Of a DNA stretch of 64,000 nt, positions 48,470 to 58,266 are shown piece by piece. Position 1 is the stretch's first letter; every line of letters starts with the position of its first letter. The notes beneath the pieces are model-generated. The model searched no databases, had not been told where the DNA came from, and saw only the letters and a program-made list of their open reading frames with translations. This stretch comes from Gammaproteobacteria bacterium. Its GTDB lineage: Bacteria > Pseudomonadota > Gammaproteobacteria > Ga0077536. Made by a program: the position numbers and the translations under genes. The stretch is from assembly GCA_965216305.1 (NCBI GenBank), contig OZ244144.1, positions 3,244,409 through 3,308,408 on the forward strand, written 5' to 3'.

Positions 48470-49061
48470 CAGCCGGCGTTGTCACCGTCTCGGATGGTTC
48501 GTTGAGGTGCCCGAACTTCGCGAACCGTTGCGTCTGCGTCCAGATAGCGCGCATCGGCAGTTCCGTCTCGTGGTGGATATCGAGGTACTGTTCAGGCGTT
48601 AAGAGTCCGGATGAATCGTCATCAACGCGCGCCGACCAACTCGCCCACAGTCGGTGCGAGGTTTCATCGTCCACCTCGGGAGGCCGGCCTACCGCCGGAT
48701 CGACCATCAGGGTCCGTCGCAATCGCGTGTAATCACGCTGATTGAGGCCAAACAACACCTGCATCATTTCCTGCGGGGCATCGGCAACGATCAGGGTCTG
48801 GATCGTGTCCTCCATTTCCCGTTGGCGACAGAGATTGCCGATCATCGGCCAGTAGACTTCCCGATTGAGCGCAATCTCGAGGCAGTGCGCCCGTAGCGAT
48901 TCAATCCGATACAGATCAGCAACCTTCAGTTCGCGCAAAGATTCGATTTCCTTAACCCCGAAATTCATGTGACGCAGCGCCGCCTGGTCACCTTCTGCCA
49001 GGCAGCGCATCGCGTACAGCAAAACGGAAGCCACCAGGTCCGCTTCCTTCGTGCCTTCCAT
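48456..49061 (-). CDS. DUF2857-like ICE protein.
   Basis: A 201-aa ORF immediately downstream of parB with a small overlap into the next gene. Assignment is by synteny. Confidence 0.55.
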   Translation of the reverse strand: MEGTKEADLVASVLLYAMRCLAEGDQAALRHMNFGVKEIESLRELKVADLYRIESLRAHCLEIALNREVYWPMIGNLCRQREMEDTIQTLIVADAPQEMMQVLFGLNQRDYTRLRRTLMVDPAVGRPPEVDDETSHRLWASWSARVDDDSSGLLTPEQYLDIHHETELPMRAIWTQTQRFAKFGHLNEPSETVTTPAGADE

Positions 49062-49062
49062 G

Positions 49063-50589
49063 CTAGTTCCAGAGGGTCGCGCCGGTTTGGGTCGCGAGGT
49101 GGCGGATCCGACGGTAGTTGTCCATGAGACTCAACAGATCGACCCAGTCGCGGTCGTGCATGAGGCGCCAGAGACGGTAGCCTGTGTGTCCCGGGTCCAG
49201 CGTCCAGACGCTCTTGAACAGGAGATCCGGATCATCGTCCTGGAGCGCTCGGCGCAGAACGGAATCGGGAGGCAGGTACGGCAGCAGGGACTCCAGCGGC
49301 GCCGCCGTCATCTCGGCACAGGCCGCGAGCTGCCACCACAGGATGCTCAGCTGGGCGAGCGCGGTGTCGTCCAGTTGATCGGCGAGATCCGGATCGGGCA
49401 CATCGCGCAATACGTATCCGAGTCCTTTGCCGGACAGCGGTAACACGAGTTCCCCGATCCCGTTACGTTGCGCGATCCGCGCGGCAAGCGTCCACGCCCT
49501 CCCGCGCAGGGTCTTCAAATCGTTCGCGATCGCCTCGCCCGTATCGATCGGCAGACGCAGGGATCCGTCGTCCGAACCTTCCGGATCAGCCGATGACTCG
49601 GCCAACGTTTCAGTGTTTTCGGGCGACTCGTCAACGTCTCCTCCGGGCGAAGCACTGCGGCTATCCGGCTCGCCGGATCGGGGGTCGTCTGGGGTCGAAT
49701 CTTCGTCGGTCCGCCGCTCTTTCCCCGGCTCCGGCGGGGCTTTGATCGGAACGAATGCCGGAATGACGATTTCCCGCTGGTTGAGGGCCGCGTCGAACGC
49801 CGCGCGGATTGTTTGCAGGTTCGAATCCGATGCTTCCGCAATTTCGGTTTCGAGTGCTCCCTGCAAGACCGTGTTATCCCATTCCGGCGCATCGTACCGT
49901 TGGCAAAGCGTCGCGAAGACCGACTCGAACGCCGGCTCGCCGCCTGTGCAATGGTTAAGCCAGACTGCAAGACCCGCCCGCTCCAGCGCGCGAATTCTCG
50001 TGACCTTGTCTCGCCCCAGCCCGCTCTCCAGAGCCACCGGGATCAACCCGGATAGCTTATTCGTCGTGTAGGCGATCAGCGACAGACTTGGGTGGCCGAT
50101 CCGGTAGCCCGCCTTCCCGAGTTCTGCAGCGAAACGGCGCTGCGTGAGCGATTCGAGACCCAGCTCTTCAATGAAGAGTCTCCGCGCATCTTCGATCGCG
50201 CGGGCCCTGTCGATAAACGTCAGGTCGCCGCGCAAATCATTTTCCCGCAGATGCGCTAGGACCACGCTCGACTCGGATAGCCAGGGCTTGATGAGACACG
50301 GAACCTCCGAGAACCGCGCCTCTCCAGTCTCCTCGAGTAGCTCACGCAGAATCTTCAGACGGGTGTTGCCACCCGAGTGAACAATATAGTCAGGTGAGTC
50401 CGGTCGCTGCGTGATTACCAGAGGCTGATCGATCCCGCTCTGACGTATCGAATCCTTGATACGAGCATACTCCGGGTTCGCGCCGTGTCGCGGATTGCGT
50501 TCATACGGTTGGATCCGATGAATATCCATCATCACCTGGTGCGGCAACGGCTCCGATCCGGTCGACCCGGACGATTGTCGAGCCATCAA
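49063..50589 (-). CDS. parB: ParB-family protein, ICE (PFGI-1) class.
   Basis: ParB/Srx N-terminal domain: IHRIQPYERNPRHG...IVHSGGNTRLKILREL. 508 aa with an acidic, low-complexity central linker. Confidence 0.85.
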   Translation of the reverse strand: MMARQSSGSTGSEPLPHQVMMDIHRIQPYERNPRHGANPEYARIKDSIRQSGIDQPLVITQRPDSPDYIVHSGGNTRLKILRELLEETGEARFSEVPCLIKPWLSESSVVLAHLRENDLRGDLTFIDRARAIEDARRLFIEELGLESLTQRRFAAELGKAGYRIGHPSLSLIAYTTNKLSGLIPVALESGLGRDKVTRIRALERAGLAVWLNHCTGGEPAFESVFATLCQRYDAPEWDNTVLQGALETEIAEASDSNLQTIRAAFDAALNQREIVIPAFVPIKAPPEPGKERRTDEDSTPDDPRSGEPDSRSASPGGDVDESPENTETLAESSADPEGSDDGSLRLPIDTGEAIANDLKTLRGRAWTLAARIAQRNGIGELVLPLSGKGLGYVLRDVPDPDLADQLDDTALAQLSILWWQLAACAEMTAAPLESLLPYLPPDSVLRRALQDDDPDLLFKSVWTLDPGHTGYRLWRLMHDRDWVDLLSLMDNYRRIRHLATQTGATLWN

Positions 50590-50844
50590 CTAAGCCCCGA
50601 TCAGTAACCCGGAGAAGATCTCAGGATGCCGAACCAGGCTTTCACGCGGAACGAGCTCGAGCCGGCCATCCGATTTTGCGGCGATCTGTCGGCTCATCTG
50701 CTCGATCCGCATCGCCATATGCGGGCTCGCGTATCGATGCTGGCCTGCCAGTTGGTAGAGGTATTGCACCGAGTCGTTGCAAACCGTCGCGAGCTCGGCG
50801 CGTTCCCTTTTCGTCGCACGTTTCAGGAAGGTTTGCAGGTTCAT
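50590..50844 (-). CDS. Small Cro/YdaS-like HTH regulator.
   Basis: 84 aa. The HTH-like segment is RAELATVCNDSVQYLYQLAGQHR. It is the first gene of the parB operon and abuts the parB start. Confidence 0.6.
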   Translation of the reverse strand: MNLQTFLKRATKRERAELATVCNDSVQYLYQLAGQHRYASPHMAMRIEQMSRQIAAKSDGRLELVPRESLVRHPEIFSGLLIGA

Positions 50845-51923
50845 TGGATTACACCTTCCGACTTTCGATACGACTGACTGACAACCTCATTGTTCGTCAT
50901 AATTCGATCGCTCCTGATCTCGACGTCCGACCATGTGTCCTTATTGGCCGTGCTGTGTTTCCGATTACCGAGCTGCAGGCCGCCTATCCAAGCGATGTAG
51001 ATTGCAGTCGATTCCACTTGCGAGTTGCCGACAGTAGCAATGGATATTTTCACCATCAAGCTACCAGCCGGGGTATTTTCTTATCGCTCTGCTAACAAAA
51101 TTGTGCACCCTCTGCACGCCGGAACGCGGTGGGTGCTCTCCAGCAGTTCGGTTGTGTAGAAGCGGAGTTTTGGAAATATTTTTGCGTCAATTTCGTGAAT
51201 TTTTTGTCTGACCGAAGTCGTTCGGAAACGCTAATCGCACCTCGGATTATCTCAAGACTCAGGCCGACGGTATCTGGATGCCATTCCTATACAGATTTAT
51301 TGATTTCAATATCGCGCGGGAATTCTTCCTGCGGATCACATGAGCATTATCTAATCGCGCACACAACGTGTAGCCGTTCGTAGCAGGTCGTAACGCTTTA
51401 GGTTCGGAAAGTCGCGTTCTTGGAATCTGAATTTTTCCGAGCTGCAACGGAGCGTTTCCGATATCGGTATCGGGATTCCGTCAACCCGTTCGCGGCAGCT
51501 GGACGGTTGTGGCGGGTAGGCGAATCTTCCCGACCGGGATTCGTAGCGTGTTCGCGTCCTGTCCGAATCGACGTTGGCTCTGGCGAAGCAGTTGAACGAT
51601 TCGCTCTTTAGCGGACCAGTTGTCTGAGGTCATCACTTCGATCCGGGCGTGATTGCCTTTACCCGGGTGCTAAACATTTTTCCTTTGCCTGGTAATTTTT
51701 CCCCGTGCTAACGTTTTTGCAAATCGTGTTGACCCGGCAACATCCTGGACCTAAGCGACCCTTCGGATTTTGGCGCGAGCGCAATCGTGGTTTATTCCCG
51801 CGACCTTCTACCTGAAAGCGTTCGTACCATTGACTGGATCATTTACGGGATTCGCGAACGACGGGAGCGGCGCTACGTTCGCACCATCACTTGTAATCAA
51901 TACCAAGCCAACGAGGCGAAATC

Positions 51924-52142
51924 ATGGACACGAATTCGACTCCCCTTTTTTTATCAGAAGGCGAACTCTTTGAACTGACCGGGGTCCGTAGAACGTCAGC
52001 GCAGAAGCGCTGGCTGGCCTTGTTCAACGTGCCTTTTAGGGTCAACGCCCGGGGCCGTGTTATCGTATTGCGCAGTCATTTCGTTGCGCAAGAACAACCG
52101 AAACACGCGAAGTACGTCGCCAATGTCCCGGAAAAACCGTAA
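51924..52142 (+). CDS. DUF4224-like small protein (excisionase-like partner of the integrase).
   Basis: FLSEGELFELTGVRRTSAQKRWLALFNVPFRVNARGRVIVLRSHF resembles the DUF4224 pattern. It overlaps the integrase start. Confidence 0.6.
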   Translation: MDTNSTPLFLSEGELFELTGVRRTSAQKRWLALFNVPFRVNARGRVIVLRSHFVAQEQPKHAKYVANVPEKP

Positions 52143-53148
52143 ACCGCAGCACACCGGATTGCCGTCGCGATGGGAGTACCATCACGGCGCTTACTATTAC
52201 CGGCCAAGGCCGGAGATCCGGCACCTTTGGGACGACAAAGTCCGCTTCCGCCTGGGTAAAACGTTATCTGAAGCGTATCGCGTTTTCGCCGGTCGGGTTG
52301 ACGCGTCGGAACCGGGAGCGAGTGTCGCCGCACTGCTCGATCGCTACGCACTCGAGATCGTCCCGAAGAAGGCCTTGCGAACGCAGGACACGGAACTTCC
52401 ACTGATACCCCAGCTGAAAGATTTCCTCGGCCACATTCCCGTAGTCGCGCTAAGCGCAGTGCACGTCTATCAAATGCTTGATGCCGTCGATTCCAAATCT
52501 AAAGGCAATCGGATGGTGGCGATTATTTCCCACGCGTGCACGTATGCAATTCGCTGGGGTTTACGCGAAGATCATCCGGTCAAAGGTCGGGTCGTTCGTC
52601 ACTCCCAAGGCAGCCGGGCGCGGTACGTAGAAACCGACGAACTGCGTTCGTGTTTCGCCATCGCGCCACCGCTTATCCGCGCCTATATACCCGTGAAGCT
52701 GTGCACCGGCGCGCGGAAATCCGGGATATTGCGGATCCGTAACGCTGATATAACGGACTCCGGGCTATCCCTTACCGAAAGCAAAACCGGCGAGCGCAAA
52801 CTCTACGAAATGGACGAGACGCTAACCGCCGCGGTCGACAATGCGCGTTTGCTCATGCCGAAAGATATTGCGCCCTGGTTGTTTCACACGAGGAAAGGAG
52901 CCTGCTACGTGAAGGACAACGACAAAACTAGCGGCTTCGACAGCTTGTGGCAGCGATGGATGCAGAAATGTTTGGAACAGGAGTTAGTCAGCGAGCGGTT
53001 TCAGGAACATGACCTTCGCGCCAAAACGGCGTCGGATTCCGATTCAGAAACTCGCGCGGCAGAATTACTTGGATCGAAATTGGCCGTCGTTAAAAAGCAT
53101 TATTTGCGGCGACCCCGATCATTGAAGCCGCATGACCCGGGACTCTGA
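52123..53148 (+). CDS. int: Tyrosine site-specific integrase of the ICE.
   Basis: From the ATG at 52123 the protein begins MSRKNRKPQHTGLPSRWEYHHGAYYYRP (arm-binding-type N-terminus). Catalytic residues: TGARKSGIL (Arg), HDLRAKTASD (His-x-x-Arg) and VVKKHYLRR (Tyr). It lies next to the tRNA-derived repeat. Confidence 0.88.
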   Translation: MSRKNRKPQHTGLPSRWEYHHGAYYYRPRPEIRHLWDDKVRFRLGKTLSEAYRVFAGRVDASEPGASVAALLDRYALEIVPKKALRTQDTELPLIPQLKDFLGHIPVVALSAVHVYQMLDAVDSKSKGNRMVAIISHACTYAIRWGLREDHPVKGRVVRHSQGSRARYVETDELRSCFAIAPPLIRAYIPVKLCTGARKSGILRIRNADITDSGLSLTESKTGERKLYEMDETLTAAVDNARLLMPKDIAPWLFHTRKGACYVKDNDKTSGFDSLWQRWMQKCLEQELVSERFQEHDLRAKTASDSDSETRAAELLGSKLAVVKKHYLRRPRSLKPHDPGL

Positions 53149-53227
53149 TTTCGACCGATTCTATACCCCAAACCGCGTTCTATGACCCATCCTAATATTT
53201 ATGCGGTAAGTAAGTTACCCAAAGGCA

Positions 53228-53270
53228 TGCCGAGCCTGCTGACGTGAGTTGCGGACCTTCGCATTATGAG
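53228..53270 (-). repeat. Degenerate copy of the 3' half of tRNA-Thr (displaced att-type repeat).
   Basis: tgccg...ttgcggaccttcgcattatga aligns with the tRNA gene segment tgccg...ctgcggacctacgcattacga at 55678-55719. A 21-nt core matches 19/21. The T-arm part has diverged and no longer pairs. The upstream flank (53161-53227) also repeats 55611-55677. Confidence 0.7.
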
Positions 53271-53402
53271 GATGGCCAGCAACCTTAATTTTTTTAATTA
53301 CGTAATTTCGGGCGCCCGTTGTCAGGCAACGCCCAACGATGCTCTGCTGAGTTCCGCGAATCGCCCGGACGGTTTCCGAGCGCATCGCCGGCGTGAGCAC
53401 GC

Positions 53403-53783
53403 TCAGAAGCTAACGTGCTCCAAGCTACGACACCATACTTCGACATCAGCCACTCGCCAGCGCACGGCGCGATTACCGATACGAACAGGCGGCGGGAATT
53501 TTCCTTCACTAAGCCACCGGTAAATGGTGCCGCGCGAAACAGCGAGCTGCTCGCAGAGATCGGTCAGCCTGACTAGGAGCTGACCGGCCATAGCGGCGCG
53601 TTGTTCGGTGTTATCACGGTCAGTCGCCAAGGCACCGCTGCGGCTCCTTGCTCCCCGGAGCTTCTGAATTTCGGCCCGGAGCGTGCGGATTTCGTGCAGC
53701 GCCTCCTCCCGCTCCTGAATTAGCTCGCCTATCGTGCGGCGCCCGGGATCGGTCTTAAGAAGGTCAAGAATATCGGTAGTCAA
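53403..53783 (-). CDS. alpA: AlpA/MerR-type HTH regulator or excisionase.
   Basis: The C-terminal LAVSRGTIYRWLSEGKFPPPVRIGNRAVRWRVADVEVW is the AlpA-type HTH signature. The N-terminal part is coiled-coil-like. Confidence 0.75.
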   Translation of the reverse strand: MTTDILDLLKTDPGRRTIGELIQEREEALHEIRTLRAEIQKLRGARSRSGALATDRDNTEQRAAMAGQLLVRLTDLCEQLAVSRGTIYRWLSEGKFPPPVRIGNRAVRWRVADVEVWCRSLEHVSF

Positions 53784-53889
53784 AGCGTTGCTCCTCTGGC
53801 TTGAGTTCTGTCGGTTTGATTGTCTTTAAGCGAATTGGTTACGCTGTCATTCAAGGTGGTAGCGGGCAAACAAAAGCGAGCATGTCTGG

Positions 53890-54897
53890 TTGGATTTTGT
53901 GACAAAAGACACCGACCCATTTTCGGAACTGCAGTTCGAGTTTCCCAACGCTTGGGATCAGGACTGGGAGGAGCTTGCTGATGGTTGGGAAGGGACAAAG
54001 GGAGAACTCATACGCACGCTCGGTAAAGGCGCGAGTACGCTGAAGATCGCGGCCACCTGGCAGGTTTCGCCGGAACGCCTCGCGTGGTTGGTCCTGTGGA
54101 CCAGGAACTGGACGCAAGCGAAAGCCGCCATCGCGGCGCTCGACGGGAAATCAACGTTCTTGCTCGAACTGATCTGGCGTTCGGCATTTGAGCTGAACCT
54201 GCAGATTTCGGCGATATTGAACCCGAAGGCGCCCGGTATCTGGCCGAAATCCGAGTTCACGATCACGGAGATCGAGGAGATCTCCGAAAGGCTACGCGCG
54301 TATCTGGCGTGGGCACTCGATAGCGACCGGCGATATTTAAGCGGGATGCTGCGACGCGATACGATGGATAAGGTATTCAACGCGGAAGAGGAATATGACG
54401 AAGTGGCAGACGAAAAACTCCAGCCGTTAACGCAGGCTTTATGGGGTGATTTCAAACGCCCGGTCGTCGGACATGAGGCGGCTGAAGAAAAAAAGAAGGC
54501 GCGGAGCTATATCTTCGGGCGCCGGAATCGCATCGTCGGGCTGCTGGATGACTCTCGGCTTCAGAAATGGCGCAACCTGATTGAGAGAGACCGCCCCCGC
54601 ACGTTCTTCGCGATGCTGTGCAAGTTTGATTCGTCAATTACCAATCGGCTGAAAGCGATGGATATGGAGATCGGCAAATCACTTTACGAACACCCGTCCG
54701 GCCTCCTGCACGGTTCATCAGTAGAAGGATTCCTCAAGCTTTCAGACACGCTGGTCGTTCCGGATTTTTCTGCGTCCGAAACCGAGGCCGAGCGTGAGTC
54801 TGCCTCTGTGCGGCGATATTGCCACAACAACGGTTTCGGCCTTGAGCTTATAGCTCGGATCCTGGATGCAGATCTCACTGCGTCCGCGCAGGAGTAA
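53890..54897 (+). CDS. Hypothetical protein (335 aa, TTG start; the start is uncertain).
   Basis: Long clean ORF. No motifs recognised. Confidence 0.5.
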   Translation: MDFVTKDTDPFSELQFEFPNAWDQDWEELADGWEGTKGELIRTLGKGASTLKIAATWQVSPERLAWLVLWTRNWTQAKAAIAALDGKSTFLLELIWRSAFELNLQISAILNPKAPGIWPKSEFTITEIEEISERLRAYLAWALDSDRRYLSGMLRRDTMDKVFNAEEEYDEVADEKLQPLTQALWGDFKRPVVGHEAAEEKKKARSYIFGRRNRIVGLLDDSRLQKWRNLIERDRPRTFFAMLCKFDSSITNRLKAMDMEIGKSLYEHPSGLLHGSSVEGFLKLSDTLVVPDFSASETEAERESASVRRYCHNNGFGLELIARILDADLTASAQE

Positions 54898-55478
54898 GCT
54901 GCCGCGCCGCTAATGTCCGCGCTCATCGCCGCTCTTACCGGGCCGCGCGGCGCGTTTGAAACCCCTTGTCGGCTGCATAAGCGTATCCGGTGTCAACCTG
55001 CTTGACTCTCATCGCGCCTTCGCGTTGCTCCAGCTTGAGTACGAGCTGCTGGCACACAGCCAGGGAGGTTTTCGGGTCCGCGTAGGCTCCGCTCGGTCGT
55101 AAGCGCGGGCCGCTAAGATCTAGGAGGCCGTCACTAGGGACGAATACCAGCGCTGGCTGAAAGAGAGCAGTCCGTTCAAATTACGATCACCACGGACCTT
55201 CATCTCTCCTTTCGCGATCCGCAGAGCCCATGCCAGAGAGTCAAATCAAAAACTCTCCAACGCGAGACTTTGCGTAAATGCAAAGATCGAATCGCGCGGG
55301 TTAAAAAAGTAGCCGGATATCGTTAAAAGTATGCTGATAGACGTAAGCGACGCGTTTGCAGGTGCCGACGTAGAAGTTGTTCCGATGCGTTAGGTAGCCG
55401 AGGTGGTGGTTTCAATCTCGCCGACGGCCTCGTCGCGTGCCGGTACTGCTCGAGCGTCGCAAGCGGGGCCTCGGTTAA

Positions 55479-55603
55479 TCGGGACCGTTAGCTGCAAATG
55501 ACGCTTCGAGCGCACTCAGATCGGCCGTGGAAAAGCATTATTTACGGCGCCCCGCCAATTACCAAACGCCGTGTGGCTCGGACGTCAGATCGAACATGTT
55601 TTG
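55479..55603 (+). pseudogene. 3'-terminal remnant of a second tyrosine integrase gene.
   Basis: Translation ...AANDASSALRSAVEKHYLRRPA... parallels the C-terminus of the intact integrase (...AAELLGSKLAVVKKHYLRRPRS...). The DNA also aligns with 53081-53130. Upstream sequence is interrupted by stops. Confidence 0.55.
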
Positions 55604-55677
55604 AGCAATTCTGTGCCCCAAACCGCGTTCTGTGCCCCACCTGGATATTTATCCAGTACATAAGCCTCTGAAAGGTA

Positions 55678-55750
<73 letters not shown>

Positions 55751-55994
55751 ATCGGAGAGATTTGTGCCGTGTCCGGCGCCGCGGAGCTACAGTGCAAACC
55801 GTAGCAACAGGCCGGGTGGCAAATCGGCCGCGATGATAACGCAAAATTCCGCCCGTGTGGGCGTTCGCGGTGACATTTTTATCGTTGCCGGACTCTCGTA
55901 GTGTGTGGGCTTGCGAAGTGGGCATTCTGCCTCGCCGTGCAGGCGGAATACGGATTGTGCGCCTGGGTAAGTCGACGCGGAGGCGGTGCTCGGG

Positions 55995-56429
55995 TCAGGC
56001 TTGCTTGTTACGGATCCGGATGACGATATCGACGCCTTCGGCAATCGTACCGGCCGGTGGGCACGGCAGCTGTTCGATCGGCAATTCCGCAGAATCAACG
56101 TCGATCAGCGTCCCGTCGTCAACGTTGTAGAAATGATGGTGGGTGTCGGCGTTCGAGTCGTAGAATACTTTTGCCGGGTCGACGATGACTTCGCGGATGA
56201 GCGATTTTTCGGCAAACAGGCCGAGCGTGTTGTAGACCGTGGCTTTCGATACCGCCGCGCCCTGTGCGATGAGGCGTCCGAGTACCTGGTCGGCCGAGAG
56301 ATGCTGCCGCTTGCTCAGCAATATTGCGGCGATTTCAACGCGTTGCGCGGTGGGGGAAATTCCGTGCCCTTGTAGCAAGGCCGCCAGGGCTTCGCGGTCG
56401 GGGGTGAAATTGTCGGTCGGCGCGGCCAT
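55995..56429 (-). CDS. Fur-family transcriptional regulator (144 aa from the ATG at 56429), lacking the CxxC pairs.
   Basis: A winged-helix N-terminal region (ISPTAQRVEIAAILLSKRQHLSADQV...SKATVYNTL) and a His cluster (DTHHHFYNVDDG) at the position of the Fur regulatory metal site. Only one Cys is present in the protein. Confidence 0.75.
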   Translation of the reverse strand: MAAPTDNFTPDREALAALLQGHGISPTAQRVEIAAILLSKRQHLSADQVLGRLIAQGAAVSKATVYNTLGLFAEKSLIREVIVDPAKVFYDSNADTHHHFYNVDDGTLIDVDSAELPIEQLPCPPAGTIAEGVDIVIRIRNKQA

Positions 56430-56828
56430 GGCGGCAGTATAACTGAGAATTAGACTCTGTCTATATCGCGAATTGTGTCGGAATCCGCGGAGCCTGCCCG
56501 GTTGGGTCCGGATACAGTAATGAACAGCCAAGCGGCGGGTAGCCGCGCAGACAATAGAGTAAGGCATGAGGTGTCAATATCCTTTACATCGTTATGCGGC
56601 TCTTTTTGCGGGCTAAGCCGCTGAAAATATGATCATTTTTAGCCCCGCGCGTATTACGGCAGTGGAAACCGTTGGCGGATCCTGTCAACGTGCTTTACAG
56701 AACCGCCGACGGCAGCGTCGGGGTATTTTCAAGTCATTGTTATCCTTGATAAATTTTATGTGGCCCGGTATTTGCATTTTCCCCGGTAATCCGTCAATAA
56801 ATCCAGTTGGACGCTTGAGGTAAAAACA

Positions 56829-57545
56829 ATGGAACGCTCTAGAAACCTGATAAAGCTGATTGCGGCACTCGCACTCATCACCAGCGGCTCGGCCGCGCAC
56901 GCTGTTGCAATCTCGCTGGATGGCGGCGTAACTGCCCCGGACGGTTCGGTCAATTACGCGTTTGGCGCATCTAACCTTGGAAATGCGAATGTTGATGTCG
57001 ACGGCAACGATCTCACGATTACAAAATCGTTTCTGGATCTGTCAACGGTTGCTTTCAGCGGTAGCTTCGATGCCAGTGGCGGCCAGACCATTAACGTCTC
57101 CGAATCGATCTCAAACAACTCCGTCAGCGGTATTCCAACCATACCCGGTGGTGACTGGCTCGATTACCACATAGAGATCGCGTTCTCTTTCTCGGATGCC
57201 TGTGTTGCGCAGAATCAGGATCCCCTGGCGTCGTGTGCCGACACCGTAGGCCTAGGAAGCCTGGTGCCCAGTACGTTCACTTTAGCCCACGTACAAACCA
57301 ACCTTACCGACTCAGGCGGCACGATCACGGTCGATCTGTCGGGCGGCACGGTCCCTCAAGCCGGTGGCGCTTTTACCGTCGACTTCATGCTCACCGTGGT
57401 CAATGACACCGGCCCCATCGATTTCACCATCTCGCAATACCCCACCATGGATGGGGGCAGTACGGCGATGCCAGAACCCACCACGCTGGCACTGCTCGGC
57501 CTCGGACTTGCCGGACTGGGCGCACGCCGCCGCAAGAAGGCCTGA
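56829..57545 (+). CDS. PEP-CTERM sorting-domain secreted protein.
   Basis: Signal peptide (LIAALALITSGSAAHA). The C-terminal MPEPTTLALLGLGLAGLGARRRKKA shows the canonical PEP motif, a TM helix and a basic tail. Confidence 0.88.
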   Translation: MERSRNLIKLIAALALITSGSAAHAVAISLDGGVTAPDGSVNYAFGASNLGNANVDVDGNDLTITKSFLDLSTVAFSGSFDASGGQTINVSESISNNSVSGIPTIPGGDWLDYHIEIAFSFSDACVAQNQDPLASCADTVGLGSLVPSTFTLAHVQTNLTDSGGTITVDLSGGTVPQAGGAFTVDFMLTVVNDTGPIDFTISQYPTMDGGSTAMPEPTTLALLGLGLAGLGARRRKKA

Positions 57546-57566
57546 GAGTTCCCAACAGTCACCATC

Positions 57567-57595
57567 AAGCCCCGCGCTCGCGGGGCTTTTTTTTG
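57567..57595 (+). terminator. Rho-independent terminator after the PEP-CTERM gene.
   Basis: A 9-bp GC-rich stem, AGCCCCGCG-CT-CGCGGGGCT, followed by a run of eight T, about 20 nt after the stop codon. Confidence 0.85.
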
Positions 57596-57807
57596 TCCGC
57601 CCGGCTCGTGCCGGACTATGAAGCTGCCGCCGCCGGCTCGGCATGGCACGGATACGGCCCCGGGATTTCCCGCACCGTATCCACAGGTGGTCTCACCGCC
57701 GGTTCCGGCACTTAGCGCCCGATCCGGTTAATTCGCTTGAATTGCGCAACTTAAGCGCGGAACATGACGCGATATCTAACGTCTAATCCGATTGTTATCC
57801 GGAAGCT

Positions 57808-58266
57808 ATGGCAGCAACTATGAACACATCGCCTTTATATCTGCTGATCGCCCTGTCCACCGCATTTTGCGCCAACAGTGCGAGCGCCGAGATCTATAGA
57901 TGGGTTGACGAGAACGGCGTCACCCAGTTTTCCGAGCGGCAACCGGAGAAGGAAGTGCCGGTCGCGACCGTCGAAATCACGCACTCGAAAGCAAGCGATA
58001 CCCGCGCGACGTGGCAGGAACGTGACGCGGCGTTCAAGGAGCGCGCCGAAACGTCCTCCAAGGCCGCTGCGGAACGCGCCACGGCCGAGGCGGAAGCTGC
58101 GGCGAAACGCGAGAATTGCGTCGCTGCGACGAAGCGCGCGACGAGCCTGAAGCGCCCACGCATCAACGAGGTGAAGGAAGATGGTACCCGGGTGCGGATC
58201 GGCGAAGACCAGCGTCAGGCGGAGATCAAAAAAGCGAACGAGGCGATCGCGAAGTTCTGTAACTAA
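57808..58266 (+). CDS. DUF4124-domain periplasmic protein.
   Basis: A signal peptide followed by EIYRWVDENGVTQFSERQP, the DUF4124 signature. The C-terminal part is a charged coiled coil. Confidence 0.75.
   Translation: MAATMNTSPLYLLIALSTAFCANSASAEIYRWVDENGVTQFSERQPEKEVPVATVEITHSKASDTRATWQERDAAFKERAETSSKAAAERATAEAEAAAKRENCVAATKRATSLKRPRINEVKEDGTRVRIGEDQRQAEIKKANEAIAKFCN

Larger units (their letters stand above)
16824..53270 (-). mobile_element. Integrative conjugative element, PFGI-1/ICEclc/pKLC102 type. This is the minimal extent seen. The left boundary is not in evidence and probably lies left of 16824 or beyond the window.
   Basis: A colinear set is present: TraG-like, VirB4-like ATPase, PFL_47xx-type small proteins, TraD, SLT, ParB, STY4528/STY4534-like proteins and ParM-like. 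A tyrosine integrase sits at the right end, abutting a degenerate tRNA 3'-half repeat. No relaxase or ParA was seen in the window. Confidence 0.8.
53271..55677. mobile_element. Remnant islet between the degenerate tRNA repeat and the intact tRNA-Thr. It carries an AlpA-like regulator, a 335-aa orphan and an integrase 3' remnant.
   Basis: It is bounded by the two related repeats. It contains an AlpA-type HTH gene and a decayed integrase tail directly adjacent to the tRNA 3' end. Confidence 0.5.
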
